Positions 9,776 through 21,000 of a stretch of DNA of 64,000 nucleotides are shown one piece after another. The first letter of the stretch is position 1, and each line of letters starts with the position of its first letter. Origin of the DNA: a virus (Duplodnaviria; Caudoviricetes); the IMG/VR virus record IMGVR_UViG_3300037851_000671, positions 1 through 64,000 of that record, one strand, 5' to 3'. A model generated the notes under the pieces. It was not told the DNA's origin. It saw only the letters and a program-made list of their open reading frames with translations, and did no database searches. Made by a program: the position numbers and the translations under genes.

Positions 9776-12700
9776 ATGACTTTTGAAAAAGAAGCGCAAA
9801 GCCGTTCAATCGTGAACAGGGTTATTGAGACCGTTAATCCTATAACCGGTGTTCGTACATGGTTGAGTGATGATTATGGTGCAGATTTGGAAGCTCTCGT
9901 TGCGCTTGATGATACCATCAGGTCAAATGCACTGGAGGATGAGCCCTCTATGCGCGAGGCTATACACAATGCACGCATGGCTATGAATAGCAGGCTTTAC
10001 CCAGATGTTATCGCAAACGTTTGGGTTTTGCTGGCATTTGCAAGCCGTGTTATTGGACCCGTTGAACAGTTCAAGAGTCGTGGCACAGATGCTGTCAAGA
10101 AATTTTACGAAAAAACGGAACTTGGAAAAGATCAGTTTGCTCAGGTGCAAAAGGATTATGAAGCGTCTTTGCCAAACCAGCCACAGCACATTCAGGAGAA
10201 GTTTACACCAAAGCCAGCCCCAACCGCCACCACCACAACTCAACCATTGGCTGGGACATCTTTGGTACAACCTGCCGCTGGAAATCCGGCAGCATCTGGC
10301 ATTCCTCCTCTTGGAGCCGCAGCTGTACTTGCAGAGCATGGCCTAATATCAAAGGCTGATTTGACAGATATGTGGTATGGTGCGAAAGAGATGCTGCCAA
10401 CGTGGCGTGGTCTTGAGGGTGGTGTTCTGGAGAAGGCTTATGGTCTTCAGATGCAAGAACAACGTGAAAGTGCAAGACAAGCACTTGCCCTTGGTAATGA
10501 GGTTTTCAGAGGCTTGAAGAGAATGTTTCAGAAGATGGATTATGCCAGGGCAACCGGTATGGTTTCCAATTATCTGAAGGCGTATGATGCGTTCAAGCAG
10601 CAGTTAGTGGCCAAGTGGGGTGATTGGTATACACTCTATCAGGCACGTTTCATAAATGACATTCCTGCATTGGCAAAGGTTGATGTAAAGAACATTACCG
10701 CTGCCCCTCAACAGGCTGCCGGTGTTGCTTCTACTTTGGCATCATCGCCTGCTGGTGCTGGTGCTGGTGCTGCTGCAAGGGAAGCTCCTCCCGCTGGTGC
10801 AGCCGGTCCAACAGGTCCAACAGGGGCAACCGGTGTAACGGGAGTCACAGGGGCAACTGGAGCGGCAGCTAAGACCACCACCACCACCACAACTGGGGTA
10901 ACAGGAGCCACAGGCGCCACAGGCGCCACAGGAGCCACCGGAGCAACGGGACCTACAGGCCCAGCAAAGGGAACATTCCCAGTTCCAAAATACCCACACC
11001 TTAGAAGTTTGAAGAACAAGGAGCAAAGGAAAACAGAGATTCATGGATTCGTATTGGAAGACAACATGGCACTTAGGGTGACTGTTGGTGAAGAAATAAA
11101 GCTCAAGGATTTTTTGGGCAAGTGGTTTGACTATGACACAGTAGAAAAAGCCGCAAAGATATCTGACGTAATCAATAAAGGAAGAGTGCTTGTTGATGGA
11201 AATATCGTTAGAGATCCTGAGTTAAAGCTACACACCGGTCAAAGAGTGATTGTGACCGAGCAAACAGTCCCAGAACCAAAAAAACCAAATGCCATATACT
11301 TTGCACTTGCTGCAACTAAGCCAACAGTAATAGAATCTCTAAAGGACTTTTTCAATAACGAGGTTGGTGATGATGTATTGAAGAAATACATTGAGAAGGG
11401 TTGGGTATCATTCACAAATGATAAAGGTGGTTTGGAGATAACAACCAAAACCAATCAGCCAGTTGGTGCTGGTAAGAGCATTACTGTTCGCATGTTGAGC
11501 AAGGAAGTTCCAAACAAATATCACGGAAAGGGATTCTCCACAGAGATGCGTGAAGATCTTTCTTCTGGAAGGGTATCAGATTCAGCGGCTCAGCCTGCTG
11601 CTGCCAAGGCTCCGGCGAAACGTGAAGCCGAACCCATTACAGGAAATGATGCCGACCTTCTCAGTATTGAACAAGACGATTTCATCCTAAAAGCAAAAAA
11701 GAACCTTGGAACGCTTAAAGATGTAATAAGCCGTTTGGGTGCTGACTACGATCCTTCACAGCCTTATGTACATTTTGTAAACGGTGTAGAATCTAAGAAA
11801 CTAGACACACCAATCCCAATGGGTACAATGGTAAAGCTCTACCAGACAGTAATAGATCCTTCCCAAAGAAGGAATGCCAATCTTATCAAAGATAAGGTTA
11901 GTCTGTTTGATTTCTTGCTGAGTAAAGTTACTGTGACACCTGAAAACAAAGCCGCTGTAGAAGAAGGCATTCAGAAAATGATTTCTGGTGGTCAGGTTTA
12001 TGTCAACAACAATGTTCAGAAAAACAATGTTGAATTGGAACCAGTCAAAGAAAATGGACTTGGCGGGGATGTTGTGGTTGTTGCAAAAGACGGAGCAGCT
12101 CCTAAAAACAAAATACCAGAAGGCGATAAAGAGTTCCTGGTTGGTGGAAAGGACAAAGGAACTGACATAGGTTCTTTCATATACGCAATGGTAACATCGA
12201 TACCTTCATTTCAATCAATATCACCACGTTTGAAAACGCCATGGGTTGATGCTTTGTTGAGTTCTGGAAGGGTTTCTAACAAAGACGGCACAATCACAGA
12301 TAAGGGTTATCAAGTACAAGAGGATGAGAAGATTACTGTCAAAGACTGGAAGGGTGCTTTGGATAACCTTAGACTCCAAATGGCTGGCGTTAGAAAAGGA
12401 CGCGATGCAGGTGGAGAGGCCGCTTCAGAGAATCCAGAAGATTATGATTGGGATGAAACCGGAGAAGGCAGTTTTAACTTGGAAGAAGAAGGCACACAAA
12501 CCGCAGGTGCTGAGCCAGCTGTCGGTGGCCCAGGTGGAAAGGAATATTTCAAGACCGTACATTTGCCACAGTTTTCTTCCTACACAGTAACAAAGAACAC
12601 CAAGCTTAAAAAGCTTGTATCTCTTTGGTATGCGGATGATAAGGTTGGAGCGGCTGATATAAAGAGTGGTAACATTCTTGTTGGCGGCAATCCAGTCACA

Positions 12701-14320
12701 GAGCCCGGAACTGAAATTGCTAGTGGAAGCGTACTTACGTTGAAAGATGGTGATACGGATAAGCTAAAAGGCGAGCGTATGATGCTGTCTGAGGCAGTGG
12801 CTGATTACGTCAACAGCAGATACCCTGGCAGGTTTGCAGAAGCTGAAATAGATCAGTTGTTCTCTGCTGGAAAAGTAACAGTTGATGATAAGGATGTACA
12901 GCCTAATCTAAATGTAGATCCTCAGTCTTTGATTGAGGTTGATTTTACAGGACTAGACCTGCCAGCACCAGCGGAAGCTTCAACATCTACAGCTCAATCA
13001 ACACCAGCGGCAGCACCAAAACCTGTGAAGGAAGCTCCAAAAGCAAAAGAGGCTCCGGCCCCAGCTCCAGCTGAGCCTCCAGCTCCTATTGAGGTTAATC
13101 CAAATACACCAACTTATACTCCAGATGGTAATGTCAAATTACAAACGGCTGTTGGTGCTTGGGGTATGAATTGGAAGACACCAATCAATGTCACTGAGGC
13201 AAAAGCTCTCATTGCTAGTGGAAGAGTTTATGTTGGTTCAGACAAGGTGACAGATCCAAGGTTCATGGTTGGTCCAGACAGCGTAATATCTCTGGATAAA
13301 ACGCCAGCCGCTGATGTTCCTGCTGCTGCCGCCGATACCACCAAAGAGATAGTAACAAAAACCCTAAAGCCAGATGGTCAAGGTTTGTTGAATGCTATTC
13401 GTGCTAATGTCAAACCTCCAATGCCTGATAAGGAAATAGCACGTGCAATCAGAGACGGCAGGGTTACAGTTGATGGAAATGTTGTAACAAAACCTGGAAC
13501 TGTTGTAAAGCCAGAAAATGTGATCAAAATTACAATGCCTATAACTGAGGCTCCGGAAAAGGCTAAGGAAACAGTTCCAACAGCAGAAGAAGCAACACCA
13601 GTAGCAGAAGAAAAGCCAGTTGAAACTGTAGAAGGCGGTGGTAACAAATTTGTTGTACCTTATTCTGGAACAACGGAAGACCATGCTTATGTCCCACCAT
13701 CAGGCAGTTTAAAACATGCCCTTTCAGATTTCTTGAAGAAAAACGATATGGAAGAGGTAAATGTTGATGACTTGATTAGAAGCGGTCGTGTAAAGGTGAC
13801 AACTATTGATAATGATAACATAAAAGAAATTCCGGCCGATGGACAATATATAACCAAGCCAAGTGATGAGATTTTGATTGAGAACCTGCCATCAGAACTA
13901 AAGCATGTAAAACTCACAGCCCAAACCGATACGACGCTCAAAACATTACTAGACGCCTTTGTGGCTAAGAAATCCTCTGGAGACGGTGCCTCGGCAGCTC
14001 TGTACAAACAGATTGATGTTGCAGCCTTGATAGAAAATGGCTTTGTATGGGTCAATGGTTCAGTTGTAAAAGAGCCTGATGCTCAAATAGCAAAGGAGTC
14101 TGTTGTAAAGATGTTCCATGACAATAGCATGCTAAGGTCAGCTGCAATGCGTATAGTGAACAGGATGATCAAGCAAGCAGAGGTAGCGTACGAGAACGGC
14201 GCGGTATACATTGCTAATACAATCCTGAAGAAAGCCGCTGATGTATGCGCAATGGTTGGAGACTATAGTAACGGTAACAAACTTCTGATTGCCGCTAACA
14301 AGTTGGTCAAAAATGGATAA
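9776..14320 (+). CDS. 1514-aa multidomain protein with about 10-11 tandem S4-like RNA-binding repeats
   Basis: Repeated L(K/D)xxL...xI/LxxGxVxV(D/N)G..V..P....(G/P)..I.V units, e.g. [49 protein letters not shown]; helical N-terminus; collagen-like G-x-T block. Confidence 0.8.
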   Translation: MTFEKEAQSRSIVNRVIETVNPITGVRTWLSDDYGADLEALVALDDTIRSNALEDEPSMREAIHNARMAMNSRLYPDVIANVWVLLAFASRVIGPVEQFKSRGTDAVKKFYEKTELGKDQFAQVQKDYEASLPNQPQHIQEKFTPKPAPTATTTTQPLAGTSLVQPAAGNPAASGIPPLGAAAVLAEHGLISKADLTDMWYGAKEMLPTWRGLEGGVLEKAYGLQMQEQRESARQALALGNEVFRGLKRMFQKMDYARATGMVSNYLKAYDAFKQQLVAKWGDWYTLYQARFINDIPALAKVDVKNITAAPQQAAGVASTLASSPAGAGAGAAAREAPPAGAAGPTGPTGATGVTGVTGATGAAAKTTTTTTTGVTGATGATGATGATGATGPTGPAKGTFPVPKYPHLRSLKNKEQRKTEIHGFVLEDNMALRVTVGEEIKLKDFLGKWFDYDTVEKAAKISDVINKGRVLVDGNIVRDPELKLHTGQRVIVTEQTVPEPKKPNAIYFALAATKPTVIESLKDFFNNEVGDDVLKKYIEKGWVSFTNDKGGLEITTKTNQPVGAGKSITVRMLSKEVPNKYHGKGFSTEMREDLSSGRVSDSAAQPAAAKAPAKREAEPITGNDADLLSIEQDDFILKAKKNLGTLKDVISRLGADYDPSQPYVHFVNGVESKKLDTPIPMGTMVKLYQTVIDPSQRRNANLIKDKVSLFDFLLSKVTVTPENKAAVEEGIQKMISGGQVYVNNNVQKNNVELEPVKENGLGGDVVVVAKDGAAPKNKIPEGDKEFLVGGKDKGTDIGSFIYAMVTSIPSFQSISPRLKTPWVDALLSSGRVSNKDGTITDKGYQVQEDEKITVKDWKGALDNLRLQMAGVRKGRDAGGEAASENPEDYDWDETGEGSFNLEEEGTQTAGAEPAVGGPGGKEYFKTVHLPQFSSYTVTKNTKLKKLVSLWYADDKVGAADIKSGNILVGGNPVTEPGTEIASGSVLTLKDGDTDKLKGERMMLSEAVADYVNSRYPGRFAEAEIDQLFSAGKVTVDDKDVQPNLNVDPQSLIEVDFTGLDLPAPAEASTSTAQSTPAAAPKPVKEAPKAKEAPAPAPAEPPAPIEVNPNTPTYTPDGNVKLQTAVGAWGMNWKTPINVTEAKALIASGRVYVGSDKVTDPRFMVGPDSVISLDKTPAADVPAAAADTTKEIVTKTLKPDGQGLLNAIRANVKPPMPDKEIARAIRDGRVTVDGNVVTKPGTVVKPENVIKITMPITEAPEKAKETVPTAEEATPVAEEKPVETVEGGGNKFVVPYSGTTEDHAYVPPSGSLKHALSDFLKKNDMEEVNVDDLIRSGRVKVTTIDNDNIKEIPADGQYITKPSDEILIENLPSELKHVKLTAQTDTTLKTLLDAFVAKKSSGDGASAALYKQIDVAALIENGFVWVNGSVVKEPDAQIAKESVVKMFHDNSMLRSAAMRIVNRMIKQAEVAYENGAVYIANTILKKAADVCAMVGDYSNGNKLLIAANKLVKNG

Positions 14321-15824
14321 AACAGGGAATGAAATCTCAAACTTTACCAATGATCTGGTCATCCTTCGTCAAGCCGCACTTGAGCTTCACAGGGATGAAC
14401 CGGACTTGGTGCGCGTAGCTGGCATTGTCCAGAGAATACGCAATTGGTGGAAAGCCAGGTTTGATACAGATTTCATGAACAGGCAAAACGAGCTTCAGGG
14501 TAAGTATGAAGCTCTAAAGCCTTCCATGTCAGAGCTGATTACCAATCTGAATGCATTGGAGAACGGATTCAAAGACCAAGACCCAGATGCAGTGGCACAG
14601 CTTGTTGGCCCCATCAGATCAATACTTCCTCGTGTCATGTCTGAAATTTCCAAATTCAACAAGTCAATCAAAGACACTGATAATGCCGTACCAAGTGAAA
14701 CTGTTACTCCAAAACCTCAACAAGAAGCAGAAAAAGGCGGTAAATTCATCCGTACAGTTACAAGAGAACAGGCTAATGATCCTGAGGTTCTGAAACAGCT
14801 AATCAGTCAGTTGGATAAAAATTTCGATGTTCCAATACGTGATGGCATATACAAAAAACTAACAGATTTCAATTGGTACAAGAGCTATAAGAAAATAGAA
14901 ATAAGCACAGATGTCAAAAGGAACATCTGGGACAGGGTGGAGACAGCTCTACTAAATAGTCCATTAGCTTCAAACATATCAAGAGAAGATGCCGTTGAGA
15001 TACTGAATTATGGATTCTCAACTATGATAGAGAATCTTGAAAAATCTATCTTGAACTTTGGTATAATCAACTCGTGTGCGCCAGCATTCCCAAGCGAGAA
15101 CAGTAGCGTAAAAAACAGACCAGCCAATGAAATGAGGCTTGACATAAATGCGGGTGCTGTGGCTTTGCCCTCTTCAAAGTACAGCATATACATTGAATTC
15201 CCTCATGTCATTCTAATAGATCTTGGTACAGCAGAGAAGAAGATCAAGGCGCTGTCAATGGCTGCTGTAAACAACATAAGAGTATCAACACATTCAGATT
15301 TCAGAATACGAGAGACTCCGGTGACAACTGAAGCCTCGGCAGCGGAACCTGTAGCTGATCAGGCTACAACCGTTGCTGATCAGGCTACAACTGTCAATGC
15401 ATCAGTCAACCCTGATAACATTCTTGTCAAGTTGGTGAAACGCCATTTGATTGCCTCTTCGCTACCTAAGACACGTGTACTGATAAAGTCAACAAACGAA
15501 GTTCCAAGAGAGTATCTTGTTAGATACATGAAGGTTTTGGGATCTGCGTTGAGGGAAGAGCTTGACGCAGAATCATCCGTTCATGATGGTGGAAGTCAAT
15601 TGGTGGAAGTTGAGTCTGACATATACGGTAGTGATATTGCAGTAAAAGATGCAGCTTACGGAATTGCTTCTGGGGTATCTGATGCATTTGAGAAAGCCTT
15701 TGGATACGGTATCAAGGTTGCTATAGATATCGGAACATCATCTGAGCACGGTTTGATTTCTTCAGCGGTGCTTGATGAGAGTTTCAGGAAATTGGCTTTC
15801 GAGTCATGGAGCAGGAATGTCTGA
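14313..15824 (+). CDS. Putative head protein (coiled-coil N-terminus)
   Basis: ATG overlaps the previous stop; LVRVAG and FRKLAF motifs; heptad-like helical region. Confidence 0.7.
   Translation: MDKTGNEISNFTNDLVILRQAALELHRDEPDLVRVAGIVQRIRNWWKARFDTDFMNRQNELQGKYEALKPSMSELITNLNALENGFKDQDPDAVAQLVGPIRSILPRVMSEISKFNKSIKDTDNAVPSETVTPKPQQEAEKGGKFIRTVTREQANDPEVLKQLISQLDKNFDVPIRDGIYKKLTDFNWYKSYKKIEISTDVKRNIWDRVETALLNSPLASNISREDAVEILNYGFSTMIENLEKSILNFGIINSCAPAFPSENSSVKNRPANEMRLDINAGAVALPSSKYSIYIEFPHVILIDLGTAEKKIKALSMAAVNNIRVSTHSDFRIRETPVTTEASAAEPVADQATTVADQATTVNASVNPDNILVKLVKRHLIASSLPKTRVLIKSTNEVPREYLVRYMKVLGSALREELDAESSVHDGGSQLVEVESDIYGSDIAVKDAAYGIASGVSDAFEKAFGYGIKVAIDIGTSSEHGLISSAVLDESFRKLAFESWSRNV
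15351..15392 (+). repeat. 21-bp tandem duplication (VADQATT x2), in frame
   Basis: gtagctgatcaggctacaacc followed by gttgctgatcaggctacaact. Confidence 0.85.
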
Positions 15825-16131
15825 GAGATTGATCAGGGAACTTGGCGATTTGTGCAAGGAAATACGGCTTTTGGGAGATAACCAATTGCTGGACATGGCT
15901 CTTTGCGCTTATGCCGCCGTTTCTGGATCTTCTCAAAAAACCAATGTTGATGTGAGTTATACATCTGTCATGCGCGAGCTTCGTAAGAAAAAAGACCTGG
16001 ATGTTGTTAGAAAGTTTCAGAGGTCATTCAAGGATGCTTTTGAGAGGGCTTTGGATGAGGATGTGGAAGACCCAGCGAACGTTGCGTTGATGGTGGCCAT
16101 GAAAGCCATCAAATATCGCAAGGAGGAGTGA
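15817..16131 (+). CDS. Small helical hypothetical protein
   Basis: ATG at 15817 after GGAGCAGGA; ORF track frame 15772..16131. Confidence 0.75.
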   Translation: MSERLIRELGDLCKEIRLLGDNQLLDMALCAYAAVSGSSQKTNVDVSYTSVMRELRKKKDLDVVRKFQRSFKDAFERALDEDVEDPANVALMVAMKAIKYRKEE

Positions 16132-16132
16132 T

Positions 16133-17218
16133 ATGCCTGCCAAATTTGCAGAGGTGGTGAAAGGCCTATTTCGTGGTGGTGCGCCTTCTAATGAGGACAT
16201 CAACATGCTTCGTGACCTTTGGGGTGTGAACAAAATTGTCAGTCTTGATGGAGATGTAGCTGACAATATTGCGCCAACTGTTCGTGCCCTTGGGATGAAG
16301 CACGTTGTTTTAGACCTTGGGACCGGAGATGATCCAAGGGTTGAAACGCTGAAAAAGAAGATAGTTCCTTCATTGTTAGATGATGGTCCAACATATGTTC
16401 ATTGCAAGCATGGCAAGGACAGAACCGGAATGGCTGTAGCTATGTTCCGTATTTTGACGGGATGGCCAATTGAGAAAGCCCTGGCCGAAGCTGCTAAGTT
16501 TGGAATGGGTAAGGGTATGCCAAAAGACGTTGGTAATACGTACTATGAGGCTGTGAGTTCTTTCAAGCCAAACCAGGATACCAATGATGCCGCTGATGTT
16601 GTAGATGCCGCAAGAGAAACACTGCAACACAATCCAGCTATTGATAATTCAGCTATATCTAATCCAAACCAGTGTAGTTTCAGTTTACCAACGGATGGTA
16701 ATGCTCCAAGGATAAGCAGGTCAGCGGCGTTCCAGGCCATGTTGCGTGTCAATGCGTGGAATGCTCTTACTCCTAAAGTTTATTGTCAATGCAAACAAGA
16801 AGATAGATATAAGAAGCAGTTGTGGTTCTCTTCTCCACAGATGGCAAAGCAACACGCCAACAACAGCAAGCTTCCTTTGTTTTCCGCTGAGATCAGACAA
16901 TCAGAAAGGGTTAGTGCGCCAATGCCAAGCACCAAGTCAAACAAGGCACTAGAGGACCATTGGTTATCTAAAGGAATGGATATCGTCAAATTCACTGATA
17001 ATGTGTTTTTGGTATTAGTTCCAAACAATGCATTGGATGCAATGGTTGAGGAGGAGGCTGGCACATCCTCCCAAGACAAAAACGATATGATTGAAGTTGG
17101 AATAAGGGATAATTATCAGGGTGGAGGGGACAGTTATATTGGTAACCCTGGTGGTGGAGCGCCGATTAGTGGTGGGTTTGCCGGAACTACCTTCTTGCCG
17201 TTCTCTAATGGTTTGTAA
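16133..17218 (+). CDS. Dual-specificity/tyrosine phosphatase (CX5R) with C-terminal extension
   Basis: P-loop YVHCKHGKDRTG; FRGGAP at the N-terminus; strong RBS AAGGAGGAG. Confidence 0.9.
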   Translation: MPAKFAEVVKGLFRGGAPSNEDINMLRDLWGVNKIVSLDGDVADNIAPTVRALGMKHVVLDLGTGDDPRVETLKKKIVPSLLDDGPTYVHCKHGKDRTGMAVAMFRILTGWPIEKALAEAAKFGMGKGMPKDVGNTYYEAVSSFKPNQDTNDAADVVDAARETLQHNPAIDNSAISNPNQCSFSLPTDGNAPRISRSAAFQAMLRVNAWNALTPKVYCQCKQEDRYKKQLWFSSPQMAKQHANNSKLPLFSAEIRQSERVSAPMPSTKSNKALEDHWLSKGMDIVKFTDNVFLVLVPNNALDAMVEEEAGTSSQDKNDMIEVGIRDNYQGGGDSYIGNPGGGAPISGGFAGTTFLPFSNGL

Positions 17219-17253
17219 GGAATATCTGAGCATATAGGAATAAGGGCACAACC

Positions 17254-17892
17254 ATGATTGAGAGAAAAGCCTACGCAATTCAGATGAGCTTCGAAGTTCC
17301 CGACTCGGAAAAGAGACTTGCCGAGAAGGCGGAGGAGCGTTTTGAGGAATTGCTTTCAACAATGAAAGTGGCGATAGAGTATCTAGATCTTATTTATGGT
17401 CCATTCAAGAAACATGACAATCTTGATATGAAACTCATTATGCACTATAGAAAAACCTTCAGACAGTATCGTGATGCGGTTAAGAGAAGGTATGACAAAA
17501 TAATAAAGATGGCATTCAAGTGTGTTATGTTGATGAATGAGTTTGCCAAAGACTTTGCAATCAAAGAGATTGTAAACTCTTTTCTTGCTATGGTCAAGGA
17601 ACTAGAAAAATACATTAATATCTTCTTATCAATATTCTCGGATTTGAGTGATGCGGAGTTCAAAAACAAGTTGATATCAACAATTGACTCTATCCGCAAG
17701 ACAAGCAACCAGATACGCCAGGTAGTGAATGATCGAATTTTGGATCATATAGATACGAATATCCTGGCAAAGAATTGGGCGAGTGATTTCTCTGACAAAT
17801 ATCAAGAGATAGTTGAGGAGAAGATTCCGCTAGTTATGCAGTTGTTTAGAGAGAGACAACAAGCACTGAGTGAAAGAAATTCTAACGAATGA
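17254..17892 (+). CDS. Helical hypothetical protein
   Basis: 212-aa ORF; N-terminal IERKAY motif. Confidence 0.75.
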   Translation: MIERKAYAIQMSFEVPDSEKRLAEKAEERFEELLSTMKVAIEYLDLIYGPFKKHDNLDMKLIMHYRKTFRQYRDAVKRRYDKIIKMAFKCVMLMNEFAKDFAIKEIVNSFLAMVKELEKYINIFLSIFSDLSDAEFKNKLISTIDSIRKTSNQIRQVVNDRILDHIDTNILAKNWASDFSDKYQEIVEEKIPLVMQLFRERQQALSERNSNE

Positions 17893-17893
17893 G

Positions 17894-18061
17894 ATGCGTA
17901 TGATTATCAAGACAGGCGATGCACAAATTCTTGAGGTTGTTCCGGCGATAGAAGAAGAACAGCAGACCAAGAAAGCGAAGAACAAGATGCTTGGCCAGGC
18001 TTTGGAAAGGGCTAAAGACATTGTTGTTCAAAAACCAATTGACAAAAGGAATGGGAGCTAA
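17894..18061 (+). CDS. Small hypothetical protein
   Basis: Fills the gap between two genes; MRMIIKTGDAQILEVV... Confidence 0.55.
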   Translation: MRMIIKTGDAQILEVVPAIEEEQQTKKAKNKMLGQALERAKDIVVQKPIDKRNGS

Positions 18062-18064
18062 AAT

Positions 18065-21000
18065 ATGACTCTAATCAAACTTGGAGAGGCTGTTCAGTTA
18101 GATCCTCGTTCTTTAAGATCCGTTGATGCTTTTGCTGGTGATGTTGATTTGGACATTGATGGAAAAATGTACAAGTTCGCTCAGCAGCTCAAGGTCATTG
18201 CACCACAGGCAAAGGACTTTTTGTACTTTACATGTGTGATGATGCATGCGGCTGAAGCGGCTCTTTTGAATGACGACGGATCGTTGAAAAAACACGCAGA
18301 CGGCAGACCAGTATCTGCTGGCTGGGAAAACACACCCAATGGCGGTGTAAAATGGATATGTAGCGACCCAGGTATAAGGGCCTACAAGAACAACAATAAC
18401 GACATATTCCCAGAGTTAGAGCTAAAGACAGCTTACAAGAAATGGGTGGGTCGTCCTCTGTGCCTCGATCATAAGTCAGATTCTGTTGACAAGATTCGAG
18501 GCGTTATTGTTGATACGGTATGGGATGACAAGCGCAAGAGAGTGATTGCTCTGTGTGCTTTGGACAAGAAGAACTACCCAGACCTAGCTGATAAAGTTTC
18601 CTCTGGTGTGGCCGCCAACGTATCTATGGGTACTGCGGTTGGTAGGGCCGTTTGCACCGAGGCTGGATGTCATCGTGTTGCAAGAACTGAAAAAGATTTC
18701 TGCGCACATATGAGAAGCAAGACATGCTACGGAGAAATAAATCTTGACCTTGCCCCAATAGAGTTGTCTTTGGTGGTTAATGGAGCGGATCCAAAAGCCA
18801 AGGTAAAGCATGTTATAGCACAAGACTTAGGTAAGGCAGCGGAGTTGCTGACAGACTATCTTAGCTTAAAAGAGTCTGCCAAGAAAGTATCTACGCAAGA
18901 TCTGGCATCAATAAAAAGAGACCTTGCCCACCTGAGTGACAAGCTTGCACAGCTTGAAAATGGTGATGAAAATGATTCGGGCGTAGTTGAAGTGTCGAAG
19001 GCAACACGTACCCCAGCAAGTGTCAATATACATTCGACAGAAAAAACAGCATCGGAGGAAGATGAAATCCCACCGTATGCTTCTGAGTTACAGAAAGCAA
19101 TTCTGCGAGCACATACAAAAATTGCATCTCTGCAAGACAACTTTAACAGACTTTCTTCAGTTTCGAAGAGCGAGGAACAAAACATGAGTACAAAACGCGC
19201 ATATTATCAGGGAACCGTGGAGCCAAAGCCAGGCGATACCATGTACCAACCAGATCCGTTAGCCGATAAGGCGAGGCTGATGGACAAACACCTACATGGC
19301 CCAGGGGCTTTCCCTGACGTAGGCGATGTTGAGGGAATGTATCCGGGCATCACCCAGGATGACAAGGATCTCAAGAAGACCCTTCAGCGTTTGGCTGACG
19401 AAGAGGAGAGGGCAATGTTCCGTGAGGCAGCTCTCAAGAAAGCCAAGGAACAGCTGATGAAGCGTCATGCTTATATACAGGGCACCACAGAGCCAAATGC
19501 TGGCGGTGTAACTTACAAGCCAGATCCATTGGCTGATAAGGCTCGTGAAGAGGATAAGCACCTTGAGGGCGCTCCTCCATTCCCAGGTGTTGGCAAGGTT
19601 GACGGTCTCTATGATGATGACCTCGCTACAAAAGAGAAGCTTTCCCGTGCCGGTCTCAGGGCTAGATTTGAGAAGGTTGCATTCCCAGATGGTCGTTTGA
19701 ATAAGGCCGCTTCTCGTTGGGAAGTATATGCTGGAAACAAGCTCGTTCTTGCTGCTACCGTTGATCAGATTACAAAGGGAAATGCCCGTCATCTGTATGA
19801 AGCTGTTGCCACCAAGCGTTTTGGTGAGAGTCTTTTGAGCAGAATCAAGACAGAAGGATTTCAGGCCACAGCCAACGCCATGTTGAAGAGCGCTGCGGAT
19901 CCAGCCCCTGCCGCTGATCCTGCCGCTCCAGCTCCAGCCCCAGCAGCTCCTCCAGCGGGAGATGCGCCAGGTCTTGAGCCTCCAAAGGATGTTGACGCAG
20001 CTGCTCCGGCAAATGTTCCAGACATTGCAAAAGACATTCAGGATCTTGGAGATGAGCTTGTTCAGAAAGCGAATGATCTTGTTGAAGCTTCTGGATCGGT
20101 TGATAAGGATGCCAAGAATCTTGAAGGTGTACCAGAGGCCGGTGCAGATGAGTTCAAGGCTGCCGAGCAGGGTAAGCCACAGAAAGACGCCGCTCTTCAG
20201 AGCATGCGTAAGACTGTAAATGGTATGTTGCGTGATGGAATTCGTGAGACAGCGGGTAATCTGCTCAGTCATGCGAAGGAGCTTCATACAGCTCGTGAAG
20301 TATACTTGACAAGCTACGCTTCCATGTCCCCACAGCAACGTCAGTATTTGAATGCGCTCACAGTTGATGCTGTACAAGATGCTAGAGCGCTATTGGCAGA
20401 AACAACTAAACTCATGGGCGCTGTGATCAAGTACGCGTATGGTACGGCTGAGCTTGAGAAGCGCGCAGGAGCAAATTCACAAGGAGCGCTTATGAGCTAT
20501 GCCGAAGACGATGAGAACGATGCAAAGAAGGGCAAGAACCCATTCGCCAAGAAGGATGAGGACGATAAGAAAGACGACGATGAGGATTCAAAGAAGTGCA
20601 AGGACGATGAGAACGATCTGAGTGATAGTGATATCAACGATCTCATGAAGAGCCTGAGCGATGAGGATGATTGCGGTTACATGGACGAGAATGATCTTGT
20701 TCCTCAAACCGCAAATAAGCCAGCTACCCCTCAGCCAGCAATACCACCAGGACAGGGCAAGCCAGCTCCAGGTCCAGCACCAACACCAGTTCCTGCACCA
20801 GCTCCAGCTCCACAGGATGAGGACGATTTGTTCAAGTTTGATGATGAGAATGATTTGTTTGCTGATGACGACGCTGACGCTGATGACAATGACTCTGTCA
20901 AGCTCGATGTAGACGATGCCGGCAAGATCGGAATTTCTACAGCGGCTGGACGTGCAGCTCTCCGTACCAAGATTGCAAAGGACGGACTACTCGGATTCAA

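Noticed and set aside
15351-15392. 21-bp direct repeat as CRISPR or att site
   Set aside because: Two adjacent in-frame copies with no spacer; a coding microduplication.
19292-20377. 361-aa minus-strand ORF
   Set aside because: Antisense shadow of the protease/scaffold gene, explained by its codon bias; no recognisable motifs or RBS.
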